A stretch of DNA of 64,000 nt from Vicugna vicugna. Lineage: Eukaryota. The first letter of the stretch is position 1, and every line of letters begins with the position of its first letter. Location of the stretch: positions 310,001 to 374,000 of the forward strand of contig MU058387.1 in the NCBI GenBank assembly GCA_013265495.1, given 5' to 3'. Below the pieces are notes generated by a model, which saw only the letters and a list, made by a program, of their open reading frames with translations, made no database searches and was not told where the DNA came from. This document shows positions 38,920-52,280 of the stretch, in pieces. A program made the translations under genes and the position numbers.

Positions 38920-39085
38920 AGCACCCTATTTACCGTCTCTGAAGCACCCATTTCCAAAATCTAAAAATGGGAACTAATAGAAGAACCTGCCTCCTCTGAT
39001 TGCTTTGAGGATTAAACAAAAGCATACGCATAGAGCACTTAGCACAAGGACAGCAAGTTCTTCAAATGTGTTAGCTACTGTTTTC
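38920..39085 (+). mobile_element. MIR SINE
   Basis: aaaatgggaactaatagaagaacctgcctc...gaggattaaa...agcacttagcaca. Confidence 0.7.
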
Positions 39086-39827
39086 AATGGATATATTGTG
39101 CAGAAGATAAACAAATCACTTTCAACAAAGCTTGCATTGGCTTGAATTATTTCTCAATAGAGGGACTATGTGTAATAAATTCATAGAGTACGTGCATATG
39201 TGTTAATGTGTATATATATATATACATATTTTAAGATATGTATATGTGCCTTGCATAAACATATATTCATACATATACATATACATGAGGGAATCTCATA
39301 AAACCTTGACTTTCAAGTCCTGCCTTAAGGTCAATTATGGGTAGAAGTGTATCTTGAATGAACAAATTACTTCCTCTTTAATTTCTAAGTGAAAAATCTT
39401 TGGACTATATGATAAAACCTCACATTTAAGATTCTGGTAAATAGAAGTGTTAACCGAATTGTGTTTCATAAAACTTTTATTTTATTAGATAGACTAGGTT
39501 GTGAACAGACCATGTGGTCAAATAAGTTCAGGATATTTGGGTTTAAACAGTACTTTAAACATTTCTTATTTAGGCAGATGTTCTAAAGCATCATTGAACA
39601 TGGAACCCCATTTTTCTTTTCTGGGCATCTTCTGGGGCTCCTGTTCCTGCAAAGGCCCTCCAGGAAATTCTGGTCTAGGTGGACTAGTTCACACCAAAAG
39701 GGAAATCCTCAAACACATGTCTGTAATCGTGACTGTTTTCATTTTACAGGTCTTACCTATCTCTGCAGGATGGTTCACTTTTCTTTTAGTGTCTGAGCAC
39801 TTACTCACCTACTCGTGTGTACAAGGT

Positions 39828-40180
39828 TATCATGAACTAAAGATTTATATTTCCCCTAAACTCATATGGTCAAGTCCCAGTGCCCCAGTGTGATGATATT
39901 TGGAGACAGGGTTTTGAGAGGTGACTGGGGTTAGATGAGGTGATGGAGATGGGGCTTGGTCCAATGGATTAGTGCACTTATCAAGAGAGCTTGTTCACTC
40001 TTTCTTTGCACACACAGGTTGACAGAAGGCCATGTGAACACACAATGTGAAATGGTTGTCTGAAAGCCAGGAGGAAAGCTCTCACCAGAAGCTCTGAACC
40101 CTGACTTCCAGCCTCCAGAATTGTGAAAAAATAAATTTCCGTTGTCTATGGTATTTTGTTATGGCAGCCCGAGCATACTT
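39828..40180 (+). mobile_element. MLT1A-like MaLR LTR
   Basis: gacttccagcctccagaattgtga...tatggtattttgttatggcagcccgagc. Confidence 0.85.
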
Positions 40181-41537
40181 ATGGAGAAATACATTCTGTA
40201 AGTTTCCACACTTCGTTGTCATAATACCACTTGGCGATAAACAATCCAGCCTTCATCTGATGGAGTCCCAGAAAGGCTAATAAACTTAATCATATTCCAC
40301 ACTTAAAAGGAGCCAGGAAAACTCAAGTCTTCCTAATCCTGTGCACTTTTCTTCACATCACATCATGATTGCCTTTCTAGGCTGAAATCCATGGTTTATC
40401 GTGATTTAGTGTTGAGATATAGAGCAACAAATAGCATGGACACTAATTAAAGCATAACACCTTCCTTAGGAAAATGTCTTGAAGCAAAATAAATATTTTA
40501 AACTCTTAAGTCACAAATATATGCCTAAGAAAGCATTTTTAATATACTGGATTCCACTATGTAGCCAACAACGTTTTAATAAGTTTTTAATACATTCCCA
40601 TATGAATGAAGTTTAGTGTGGTTACCCCTGCAATTAGGAAAAAGGAATGGGAAAAAATTTAGTTCACCAAGAAAACAAGTCTTCAATTTTCATAATCACA
40701 TTATATAATGAAGTACACCACAATGGTTTTGAAAACAAATTTTCAACTCAGTCCTTATGAGAAGGAATATACTTGCAAATTAAAAAAAAAAAAGGAAGTC
40801 TATTCAGTATGAATAAAGGAGCAGTAACCTGGACATTTTTAATGGGAGAAAACCAACAACAAATATATAGCAAGCTGATGATTTTTAATAATGAACTTCT
40901 AAGCTTTCTGTTATTATATCACATTTCCTCTTTGTGAAAATGTCTTCCTCACACTCTCGCATAAGGAAAGGACGTCACAGACAAACCTCTGAATGTCTTA
41001 GCATGCTGCGATACACAGGTGCCACAAGTGCTTCGCGGAAAATAAGGCACGTGACTTCAAATAACAGAAAAAGAGAAAAATAAAGAGAAAGGAAATGAGG
41101 ATACTACAAATAAAATCAGTTCTTTCATCTCCCACTACCCCAAAGGCAGGCGAAACGCAGTTTGCAACTTTATTTTACTAACGAAAAGCTGACCAAGATG
41201 TATTGTGTCTCAGCTCCACTTCCCCTCCTTTTCCCTGTAGGCATCTTTGATGTCCTCTTTCACCTGAAATAATCAGTGTGAAAATTGCGTGATGACGGAG
41301 TGGGGTGGAAGAGCTCAGAGTGGTTTGTTCCAGGCCCTGAAAGAAGCCCTGAAATTAATATCTGTCTCTCCCAGGAGCATGATTCTGGATAATGTTCAGA
41401 TAATGAACATTTATTTATTTAATGTTCTCCAGATATTTAATTATCTCCAAATTTACTATAGAAGTTTTATTCTTTTCACACATTTATTTGATTTATGTAG
41501 ATGACTCAATAAATAGGTAATTTTAAATATGTAGAGA

Positions 41538-42101
41538 TGTTACCCCAAAAGAGGAAGGGGAAATCCCAGCTCTTGTCTTACCAGAAAGGTAAGAATTCAG
41601 ACGGGAGATGCAAGTGTTGTGCAGCAAAAGATTTTAAAGTTTTTATTAGCAATGGGAAACTACACCTTCAAGAATGGGAGGTGGGCTGAACCAAGGGTGA
41701 ATAGCAATGGTCTCTGTTTGCCCTTCTCTTATACCCTCATTTAGAGGTGGTCTCTTCATTGACAACTCTTGCCTCTGGAGTGCTTAGTCATGCTCATCCC
41801 CTTTTGCATATGTCCTTCCTTACCTATGATGCACACAGAAAAACTCATGGGGACAACTAACCCACAATGCTAATTATATTACAGTGAGCATTGGGTCATG
41901 TCCAGTTAGGTCCTTGTTGCTACCATTTGTCATTACCATCACCAGTTGCAGCCATCAGTTCTAATCAGTTTCTTGCTGGCGCTCATTTACAGAAAGTAAA
42001 GCCCCTTTATGTGGAAGGCGGGCATATCGCCATCTTCTGGACCATCCTTCCTCTCCTCCACCTTATCTGCCTGGTGCCCCAACTTGGCTAACTACCTAAC
42101 A
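41538..42101 (-). mobile_element. ERV1-like solo LTR
   Basis: 564 bp bounded by inverted termini TGTTA...TAACA. Minus-strand AATAAA at ~41642-41647. Confidence 0.75.
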
Positions 42102-42174
42102 GAAGTTTAAAAAAAAAATTAGTAAATATCTACTTGGTTACTAAGAAGATTAAGCTAGGTCTTGCCCTCTAGAT

Positions 42175-42380
42175 CTGTGCTGTCCAAAATAAATTTCAGT
42201 GAAGAGGGAAATTTCTACCATTTCTGCACTGACCGATAGAACAGCCACTAACTCCATGTGGCTACTGAGCTCATAAAACATGGCTAGGGTGACTGAGAAA
42301 CTGTGTTTTAATTTTTACTTATTTAAGTTAACTAAAACTTGAATAGCCACATGAATGGCCACCATGTTGGAAAGCACAGA
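42175..42380. mobile_element. MER3-like hAT-Charlie MITE
   Basis: ctgtgctgtcca...agccactaactccatgtggctactgagc...ttggaaagcacag, with terminal inverted repeats. Confidence 0.8.
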
Positions 42381-43457
42381 AATGTGATACATTTCCATTA
42401 TTATCACTCCTGTCAGTTAGGATAAGGCTTGGTGCTAAATAACAGCTGATTAAACAAGGCAGGAATTGGCTTTCTTCCAAGGTCAAAGATTTCAGAAGAA
42501 GTCTGTCTGAAATGGTACGGAGATGGGATGATATTTGAGGATGTTAAAGACCCTTGCACCATCTAATTCCACCAAGTGTGATTCCTGTTTCCAGGACCAC
42601 AGTAAAGTCAAAGACGGATGGAGTTCCTCATTCTCGCCAAAAGTCAGGTAGAGTCAATGAAGAAAACAGAGCAAATTGTGATTGACAGCGGTCTTCCAAG
42701 TATAGTTCCCAGAATCTAGCCTCAACCCTTCTGCTCGCATCCCATTGTCTACAGTTAGTCTCAAAGTTGCACTTGACTGCAAGGGAAAATAGGGAATGGA
42801 GTTTTTATTCTGCGAATAATATTCAGGGGAAAACACAACTAGGAGCTCTGTTGTTTTGAAAGGAGGGAAAAATGGAGATAGAAAATGACAATCAGCCACT
42901 TCTTCGTCATTCAATAAGAAGAAATAGAAACTTGAAAGAGGCAGAGGAAAGAATTCAGGGAGGGAAAGGCTGGCTGCTGAAAAATGTCGAAAAGAAGAAA
43001 AATGAAATAATATCACCCAGTAAAACTACCTATTTTAGATTTGCAAATTTCACAAAGATGAATTTGAAAACAAGTAGATACAGCCGCCAATATTTCAGAG
43101 GATATGTTTCCCTTTGAAGTTACTTCTGAAAATGTCATGCAGATTCTGGTTTTTCTTTGGATTATGAACTATTGGTCAATACAATTCTTAGCACACACAT
43201 GCACGCACGCACAAATACAAACAGCTTTTCATTTCTGAATTCCACCAACAGTTACTGTTTTAGTGCTTAGAAGACACTTTCTCTACTTTTAGATAACTCA
43301 GAAAGCAACCTGAATGAATGCAGAGAAACAATGGCAGTTCTGACTAAGCAAAGTGTTATTATATAGGTTTTTTTGGGGGGTTTTGTTGTTGTTTTTTTGG
43401 TTTTTAAACTCATTGTTTGTTCTGGGATGTTGTGATTGCTTTCGGAATCCTCTAAGC

Positions 43458-43748
43458 CTGTCCTGCTCCAAGTGTGGTCCACTGACCGGAGCCTTTCTGC
43501 AAAATGTGAAGAGCTAAGGACAGAAATTGTAGGTGTTTAGAAACCTCCATAGCAGCTTGACAGAACAGAAATATGTCTGTTAAATCAAATAATAAAAATC
43601 GGAGGCTTATATTTTCCATGTCTTTTATTTCATTTTCTAGTAACTTTTATTGGATTTTACAGAAGTCCTGGTCTTTGATGTGTTGGAAATTTATAAGAAA
43701 AAAGGCTCAAAATTAGTTATTCTCCCCAAGCAGTTTGAGAAACACTCA
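43458..43748. mobile_element. hAT-Charlie-type non-autonomous element
   Basis: caagtgtggtcc at the left end, cagtttgagaaacact at the right end. Confidence 0.55.
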
Positions 43749-43987
43749 CGTAAGCCTCCCTTCCTACCTTGCCTTTTTGCTACGGAATAGACTATTTTTT
43801 TCTAGCAAAGCTTCAATTCTGACAACCGCCACAATCAAAATGTAATTGTTATTGATTTGCTATTTTATAAATGTTAAGAAATAGAAGAAAAAAAACATGC
43901 AAATAAGCAAACACCCAAACACAAACCTTCCTGATTTGCCCGGCGCACAGAAAACTCAGGACCCACGCCCAGCCTGTCCCTGAGGAG

Positions 43988-44005
43988 AGCGCCCCCCGCT
44001 GGTCA
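43988..44005 (-). promoter_or_regulatory. Candidate CTCF site
   Basis: Minus strand TGACCAGCGGGGGGCGCT, one mismatch to the core CCASYAGRKGGCRS, in a small CpG-retaining patch. Confidence 0.55.
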
Positions 44006-44539
44006 GCTTGGTTTAACTTGGGACTTACTCTGAAAATTACAAGAGAAACGGGGAAATACAGATTTGCAGGGCTGTTATCGTTGCTCACAGGTTTTATGCA
44101 GTGTTTTTACACATTCAGATAATGCTGTGGGAAAGAAACTCCCAGAGCTGGCTGGTTGCTAAAGAAAGAGACACTGCGGATGTGCCCTCGTTTCAGGACC
44201 ACATGACAGCCTCAGTGCACCCTCTGTTGTCTCACCCACCGCCAGTTAAACATATGCAAGCCGCAGAGACACAGCATCCCCACAGAGTGCTTCTGCATAG
44301 GCTAAATTTCTCATTATCACTCACGGTTTATAATCTTCTCACTCAAACCCTAAAATAAAGTTGAAAAGAGGAGAGAGCAAGTCTTGAAACAAAGATCAGA
44401 AAAGCAAAATCACAATTGAAAATGTAGCCCGTCCATTAAAATGAGAAAAAAATTGTCTTTATCAACGTGTAAGAGTAATAACATGATCTACTTCAGAATT
44501 TTATAAAATTCCTGTCTTCAGGGCTATTTTTTCAGATCG

Positions 44540-44852
44540 GCTTGGTCCCTTTGGGTCTCTATAACAAGAAAAGCAGGTGGCTTATCAGCCAACATTTATT
44601 TCTCATAGTGCTGGAGGCTGGGAAGTCAAGATGGTGGTGCTGGCAGATTTGCTGTCTTATGAGGACCCACGAGGACCCATTTCTTAGAAGTTCGTCCTTC
44701 TGTTGTAACTTTATATGGTAGAAGGGCCAAGATTACTTTCATGAGCTTCTCTTATGAGACTTCCCAATGACCACCTCAAAGCACCGTCATGTTAAAGATC
44801 AGGTTTTCAACATTTGACTTTTGGGAGACATAAACACTCCATCTATAGCACA
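44540..44852 (-). mobile_element. MLT1A-like MaLR LTR
   Basis: catttatttctcatagtgctggaggctgggaagtcaagat...gagacataaacactccatctatagca. Confidence 0.8.
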
Positions 44853-46294
44853 GATGGAAAATACACAGACGAAAAATAAGAAAAGTAAATCTTGTAATAT
44901 AGTTGTTTTTTTAAAAAACTTGTTTCTTATTTAGCTATAAAAGAGAGAGAACGAGTATTAACTTCTAGATCTTACGATCGAGTTACTCTCGACATTGTCT
45001 CCAAGCTATTTTTCCAGTATCTCATCTTCCCAGATCCACGTTACATCTTACCCTGGCGACTGCCTGTCATACATACTACTTTAAATGTTCTGCTTCTGCC
45101 TACATTTTCGTGTCCTGATTGAGTTCCTTGAGGACAGGAACTGTCTTCTTCAGCCTCTGGATCTAGATAATTATATAGGGTCTGGCCCTTGGAAGAATAG
45201 GGCCCACTCAAAGAATAGTTTTCAGTTGAAAGTTTTTCCTCATTCTCTTCCTATTCAAGTGCTTAGGCAGTTTTTTTTTTTTTTTTTCTGGGTTAACTGA
45301 ATTTGCAAAGAACCTCTTCTAACACTGCTTTTCTCTTCGAATTATTAAAGCAATTAAGTGTGTATACACACTCACACACACGTACACACACATAACCCCA
45401 TTTATTAGATGTGAAGAAAGCAAAACAAATTAAATTAAAATAGCACCAATTTCCCTTGCCTCCCTTGGTTTCAGAGAATGATATCCTCATAATCTAGGAA
45501 TTGTTTTTCTGATAAAAGGTTGCTGGAAACAAAGATGATGTTAAGGAGCTTATTTATGTTAAGAGCACGATGGGTAGATATCTGGTTTTAGTTGCTTAGT
45601 TGATTTCTAAGGGGAAATTGCAGGGTGAAAATGTATCTCAAAGCATCCTTGGGATTGCAAATGGTTTACTGTGTCAGTATTAATTCCCAACTTTTACGGT
45701 TCTTTCACTCCTATCTTTACACCCACATCTGTTAAATTTGAGTAGCTTTATGCTGGTCCATCTCTCCAAAAGCAATTAATTCACACAAAGGAAACTTATC
45801 TCACCTGTGGTTTATACCATTTTTAAGATGTAGAAAAAGGACAAGACATGCTGCTAATTTTAGCTCAAATGTTTTAACTTAAATAGACACATTTATTAAG
45901 TTACATGATTCTTTTTGATGAGTCATTTGCACCAGTTAAAAAATTACTTTGATTCACAATATATTCTGAGTCAAATACATTAACTACTTGAACCCTGACC
46001 ATTAGTTTGATCCTGGATTTTTCCAATCAATATTTTATGGAGAGTGAGATGAGAAAGGAATATAATTTCTACAGAAAAAAAAAAAGAAATCATTTTCAAC
46101 CCAGCCTGCAAGAGTAGACTATTCAAGCAAATCTTTAACTCACAAGCTAAAAAAAAAAATACCCAGTTTTGATATTCAGTTCATATTTTCATTTCTATGT
46201 ATAATCTTAATTTTAGTGATATTATATTATTTGCATAATTTAACTGATTTCCCTGCTGTTCAACCTTTGGAGAGCCTCTAAAACGGAGGGTGTC

Positions 46295-46610
46295 ATTTGT
46301 GTTCAGTCCTGAGTGGATCTGAGAGACGCATGGTCTCCTAAGTCACATGACCACCTTGAAACATAAGGCTCAGAAAAGCCCTGTTTCTGGGTGCCTAATG
46401 TCAAAACCAGCAGCATGTCTTGTTTCTGCTTCTTCCTGCCTTCTGGTGGCCAACCTTGGCACTGAAGCTGCATCAATTTCTGCTTCTGTTTGCACACGGC
46501 CATCTTCCCTCTGTTTTCCTGATGTCTTGTATTATGACCCACCTCCACCCAGTATAACATTGTCATGACTATAACTGCAAAGATACTATTTCCAAATAAG
46601 ACACAGAGCA
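46295..46610 (-). mobile_element. MLT1C-like MaLR LTR (partial)
   Basis: ttctggtggcc...ccttggc...cacacggccatcttccct...aaagatactatttccaaataag. Confidence 0.7.
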
Positions 46611-47589
46611 AGTATTTGATAAACGGTGTTGACAGAAGAAATTTAAGCTTTTCTAGTTATTTAGCACCCCCTACACTCACTTCTGGCTGGGCAACATCTC
46701 ATCCTTAAAGTCACACCACTCACTAAGAGGGAGTGACTTAGCCTCCCTACAATCCAGAAAGTACAAAAACATTGCTGTGTTTCTATTGTCATGAAGAATC
46801 ACTGAAGTTAAAAATCGTGGGCATGTGTCAGAATGCTTAATATCCATGTGTTTTTCTCCCATTCACTGAGTAGCATTTCACTGCTTAATTTCGCTTCTCT
46901 GTGCCTCAGGCTTATCTTCAGGAAAAAAATGGGGCAATTAACATTCTGTCCTTCAGAGAGTTGGGAGGATTGAATGAAAGGATGCAGGGAATATGTTCAC
47001 AAATCCCTCACAAGATGACTGGGATCATCACTGCCGCTGTTGCTGGTGTTGCTTTGCTTTCTGAAGAACTTAGATACTCTCTGTGGTAGGTCCATTTAGG
47101 TAAAAATGCACTTGCTCTTAGCCTTCAATTCTCTCTCATTCTTGTCAGCAATCTGATTGCAAGAAACAGTATCCACAAAGCTCTCCTTGAAGGGAATGCT
47201 ACCCATCCTCCTGACTTCATTCTTTTCAAACTGTGCCCTTGGGAACACTCACAGCATGGCCTCCCCACCTAAGACATCATATCAAGGACTCTCCCTTTTT
47301 TAGTTGTTGTGGATATATATTTTTTTAAATTACACAACAAGGCTTTTGGGATGATTCTGTTAGAATGATGTGTTAGCCAAAGTGAAGTCTATGAACAATC
47401 ACTCAACTTAACCTGTTGTTCCCGTAGATCTTTCTAAAGATTTGCATAGCTGTTCTGCGCATCTTGGTGTTTCATGAAACCATGTGTAGGAATTTTGCTT
47501 TAGCATTTTGTCACTGTTCTTCCCTGAAGGACGTTATCATAAAAATCGTATCACACTGTCTACAACGTTCATTTTAGAGATCTGTTTAG

Positions 47590-47790
47590 TAGAGCTCATT
47601 CAGTATTGGATGTTGTGCTGAAGGCTTTACATATTTTAGTTCAGATACACCTCATTACAGCTCCAAGAGGTAGGTAGTGATATCATAGTCATCCTTTTAT
47701 ATACGAGGCAACTGAGATTGAGTTTATATACGAGGCAACTTGCTCAGAGTCTCACAACTAGTAAGTGACATGGCCAGGATTTAAATTCAA
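47590..47790 (-). mobile_element. MIR SINE
   Basis: aacttgctcagagtctcacaactagtaagtgaca. Confidence 0.75.
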
Positions 47791-47795
47791 CCAGG

Positions 47796-49710
47796 GTGTG
47801 CTGAGTTGAATAGTGCACCTCAAAAATTCATGTTTGGTGGGAACCAAAGAATGTGACCATATTTGAGCCTTCATCAATTTCCTTCATTGCTGTTTTTTAC
47901 TTTTCAGTGTAGAGATCTTTCAATTCCTTGGCTAAATGTATTTCTAAATCTTTTATTCTTTTTAATGGTATTGTAAATAGATTGAAAGATCTGACATCAT
48001 ACATAAGAATCAACTCAAAATAGATTAAAGATGTGAACATATGACCTAAAACCATAAAACTCATAGAAGAAAACACAGCTCCTTGGCATTGGTCTTCAGA
48101 ATGATTTTTTGGATTTGGTGCCAAAAGCAAAGACAACAGAAGCAAAAATAATCAAATGGGACTACATCAGACCAAAAAGCCTCTGTACAGCAGAGGGAAC
48201 CATCAACAAAATGAAAAGGCAATGTGTGGAATGGGAGAAAATATTTGTAAACCCCATATCTGATAAGGAGTTAATATCCAAGTTATAAAAGGAACTCATA
48301 CAACTCAATAGCAAAAGAGCAAATAATCCAATTAAAGTGGGCAAAACACTTCAATAGAGATACTCAGAAAAGACATACAGGTACATGAAAAGATGCTCAA
48401 CGTCACTAATCATCAGGGAAATGCAAATCAAAGCCACAATGAGATATCACCTCATACTTGTTAAGATGCCCATTATTAAAAAGACAAGAGGTAACAAATG
48501 CTGGTGTGAATGTAAACCAGTACAGCCACTGTGGAAAACAGGATGAAGGTTCCTAAAGAAATTAAAAATAGAACTACCATATGATCTAGCAATCCCACTT
48601 CTGGGTACATGTACAAATAAAAGTTGACCGCTATCTCCAAGAGATATTTGCACTTCCATGTTCATTGCAGGATTATTTACAATCATCAAGCTATGAAAGC
48701 AACGTAAGTGTCCATCAAAGGATGATTGGATAAATATGTGGGATATACACACATGAGAATATTATGCAGCCTTTAAAAAGAAGATATCCTGCCATTTGTG
48801 ACAGTATGAATAAAATTGGAGGGTATTAATTGAAATAAGACAGACAAAGACAAATACTGTATGATATACTGTGTGCTATCATTGTACTTACCATAAAAAA
48901 AAGTCTCATTTATAGGAACAGAGTAGAATGGTGGTTGCCAGGAGCTAAAAGTTGTGGGAAGTGGAGAGAGTTTGGTAAAAGGGTACAGATTTTCACTTAA
49001 AAGATGAATAAGATTTGAGAACCAAATGTACAAGAAGGTGGCTGTAGTTGATAACACTACATTATATACTTAAAATTTGCTGAGAAAGTAGAACTTAAAT
49101 GTTCTCACCAAAAACAAATGAACAAACAAAAAACTCTAAAATTAAAAAGAAAGAAATAAGTTGATAGTAAATATGTGAAGTGATGGATGTGTTAATAAAA
49201 TTATAAGAATACTTTCACAATGAATATCTATAGGAAATCATCACATTTATACTTGAAATATATTACAAATCCATTGGTCAAATGTACCTAAATAAAGGTA
49301 GGAGAAAAAAAAAAAAGGAATGTGCCCTTATTTGGAAAATAAGTTCTTTGCAGATATAGATAAGGTGATGTCATACAGGGTTAAGGTAGGTTCTAATCCA
49401 ATGGCCAGTGTCCTTATACATAAAAAAACAGACACAGGACATGGAGAGGAAAGTGGCCACGTGAATACAGAAGCAGAAACTGCAGGGGTGCAGCTTCAAG
49501 TCCAGCCACACCTAGGACAGCTGTGAACCACTGGAGACTGGGAAAATGCAAAGAGGGATTCCTCCTTGAGCCTTTCGAGTAAACATAACCCTGAGAACAT
49601 TTTGTCTTTAAGTTTCTGGCCTCCAGAATTTTGAGAGAATAAATTCCTATTGTTTTAAAGCAACCTGTTTGTGGTAATTTGTTGCAACAGCCCCAGGAAA
49701 TTAATGCACA
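47796..49710 (+). mobile_element. MLT1C-like LTR split by an L1 (pieces 47796-47865 and 49318-49710)
   Basis: tgtgctgagttgaatagtg...gaatgtgaccatatttg | gaatgtgcccttatttggaaaat...tttgtggtaatttgttgcaacagccccaggaaattaatgca. Confidence 0.85.
47866..49317 (+). mobile_element. L1MA-type element with 5' inversion (~47866-47983 antisense) and 17-bp TSD
   Basis: Sense ORF2/3'UTR text with aataaa and an A-tail. TSD 47849-47865 vs 49318-49334 with 2 mismatches. Confidence 0.9.
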
Positions 49711-50892
49711 CGTGTACAGATAAACAAATGCATATTTTCCAAATTATAAAAATATCCAGTATAAATTTAATTGCTTATATTTTGGACATGTTCTATAAAA
49801 TATGCTTCTCTAATTTTATTTGCTCAGTCTGGAAGTTAATTGTAGCCACATTTTATTCAAAGTGGAATATTTATTACCTACAAAGTATGTCCTAAGTACT
49901 GATGACACAAAGATGACTGAGATTCCTTTGATTCCTGACCTCAGGGAGTTTAATATAATGTAGTGACGGGAGGAAGGTCCAGAACATTGTAATATGCTGA
50001 GAAATGTGATCTGTTTTGTATTATAAAGAGCCTATTTTATATTCTTCCATGAGCACTCTAAAACCAAGAGAAAAAAATAATTGTATAAAACTAAATCTCC
50101 GTGGATTACTGAGACCCAGCTCACAAATAGTGCAGTGCATTGACTGCTTTTCCATTTTCAAAATTCCATGCACATACTTTCAAAGGTTTTTTTTTTCTTT
50201 TCTTTTCATTCTCTAACATTCATGCACAGCATCAGCTATCCGTTTAAGGAGACAGAGTCCTGTTTTGTCCGCTGTTCTTTCTACGGTAAACAAAATGAGA
50301 ATAAATCCTACAGTAGTTAGTGCTCCATTTTTAAGGGACTCATTAAAAATAAACAGAGGAGGAGAGGCAATTACTGTTAACAAACATAGGCATAAAAACC
50401 ATAAATAAAGGGCCATTAACACAGAAAAATAATTACTCAATCTTTCATCCAGATGCTTTTGTCAGTTTCATTTGCTGACACTGACTAACGGCTCTGTGAG
50501 AGGCTGGTGCCGGCTGCAGCTCGCCCGTTCAGTGGTTTCCCCCTTTGCCTTTCACAAGAAGAGAAAAATGATCGGCGATGTCAGGGAATTCTACCGAAGT
50601 GTATTTAAAATAGACTTTGTCTTTGCTTTGTGTGAGATTTTGAGGCTTTATGTTACTTTATGGTGGTGTAAAAAAAAAGGATCATTGTGATAGTTGTTTT
50701 ACTAATGGACATCAGGTAAAGGTGAAATACATTTTCTTCCTTTTTGGGGAAATGAGATTTGCCAGAGGAGGAATTTGAATGTGGAAAAAAGCGCAGAAAA
50801 TAATATACAAGGTATATTTCATCACTCCAGAGAATACCTTTGCAATTGCTTGACCTGATATATTTTGTTATTAAGGTTCACGAGATACATAC

Positions 50893-50894
<2 letters not shown>

Positions 50895-50931
<37 letters not shown>
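50895..50931. repeat. (GT)n microsatellite
   Basis: Seen directly. Confidence 0.95.
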
Positions 50932-50932
<1 letters not shown>

Positions 50933-52089
50933 ACGCCTTTGGGAAAAATGAGAAAAAAAAATACAGTAATGCTAACATAATTCTAATTAGCTAGAAAAAA
51001 CAAACAATATGAAGTTAAGTTTTTGGTTCATTTGATCAGTTCAGCAAATTGAGCCCTTTCAGACCTCACAGAATGCGGTGTTACTAAAGATTTACACGAA
51101 CACACCCAGGGTTCAATCTGCCAATCCCTGCATTAAAACCACCTTCATCATGGCCACATCACAAAGCAGAACATCCTGTAAGAACCCAACTCTTGCATAA
51201 CTTGCGTAACCCAACTTCTGAGTGGTGCTATCTTAAAATTTCCCAAGAATCGGCCACTAAAATACCATCAGCAAAGGCATTCATGATTCATCGATGAAAA
51301 AGATGCCAAGAATTGTGATAAAAATACTAAATAAAACACATACTCGGATCAAGCTGTTTATCATGCACATAGTTGCAGAATCTGTCTTTCCTGGCTCATA
51401 TGACTCTCACCAGTCATGACACACATGTGGAAAAATGAAGCAATTTCCTTGAAAATAATATGCCTTTTCCTCAGGATCCAGATAGCACATATCTTAGTGG
51501 AGAGTGGAAAGAGAATTCACTAGGAGTCGAACAACACAAGCTTTGCTACTTACCCATGATGTGGTCTTGAGCATAAAACGTTACCTTTTAGTCTTGAATT
51601 TTGTCTCCCAAATCAGGAAATTCCGTAAAGTGATCTTCAATGTCTTTCCAAGTCTAACATTCTATGATAATTAGAAGCCAACTAAAGATTGGTTAAGCCT
51701 CCAGCCCGGACCTCCACCCACCTCTCGGGCTTGGGCTCCTGTTAACTGCTGAGAACTGACGTAAGGGAAGAGAGCTGGAGTCCCATGATGTCCCCGCCCC
51801 GGGACTGTAACTGCCTGGGGGAGCAGCTGGATGAGTAAACCCATACATTAAATCCAAACCTAAATGTTTACCCAGAAAAATGCAGATCACTTTATACGCT
51901 GGTTTGACTTAAACCCACCATCTATGGCAACTGAAGCTTTTTAAAAGAAAAATATACTTTGCACATGGTTCTATGAAAGAAGGCCATGTACAGTCAAGCC
52001 AAACACTCACACTGCTTCAAATAAGCCCTTTGGCCATCTTACCACTGTATGATTTTGTGAGATATTCTCCACGGTACTATGGAAAAAAG

Positions 52090-52280
52090 ACCAGAAATTG
52101 AGTTTGAATCCTGGCCTAACAATTTATTGCCTTTATGACCTAGAGGAAGTTACCTTTTCTACCGCAGCTCCATCTGTAAGTCAGGAGCCGTAGTGCACAG
52201 CTTGTGGAAAGAGACAGGACTTAGAGATAGTTAGAGATGACTTAGAAAGATCAGACCTTCAATAAATGATAGCTATTATT
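52090..52280 (+). mobile_element. MIR SINE
   Basis: gagtttgaatcctggc...tgaccta...ctccatctgtaa...caataaatgatagctattatt. Confidence 0.7.

Noticed and set aside
18377..47740. Short direct repeats as a possible CRISPR-like or regular array
   Set aside because: Only isolated pairs exist, with no repeat-spacer periodicity, and the DNA is mammalian.
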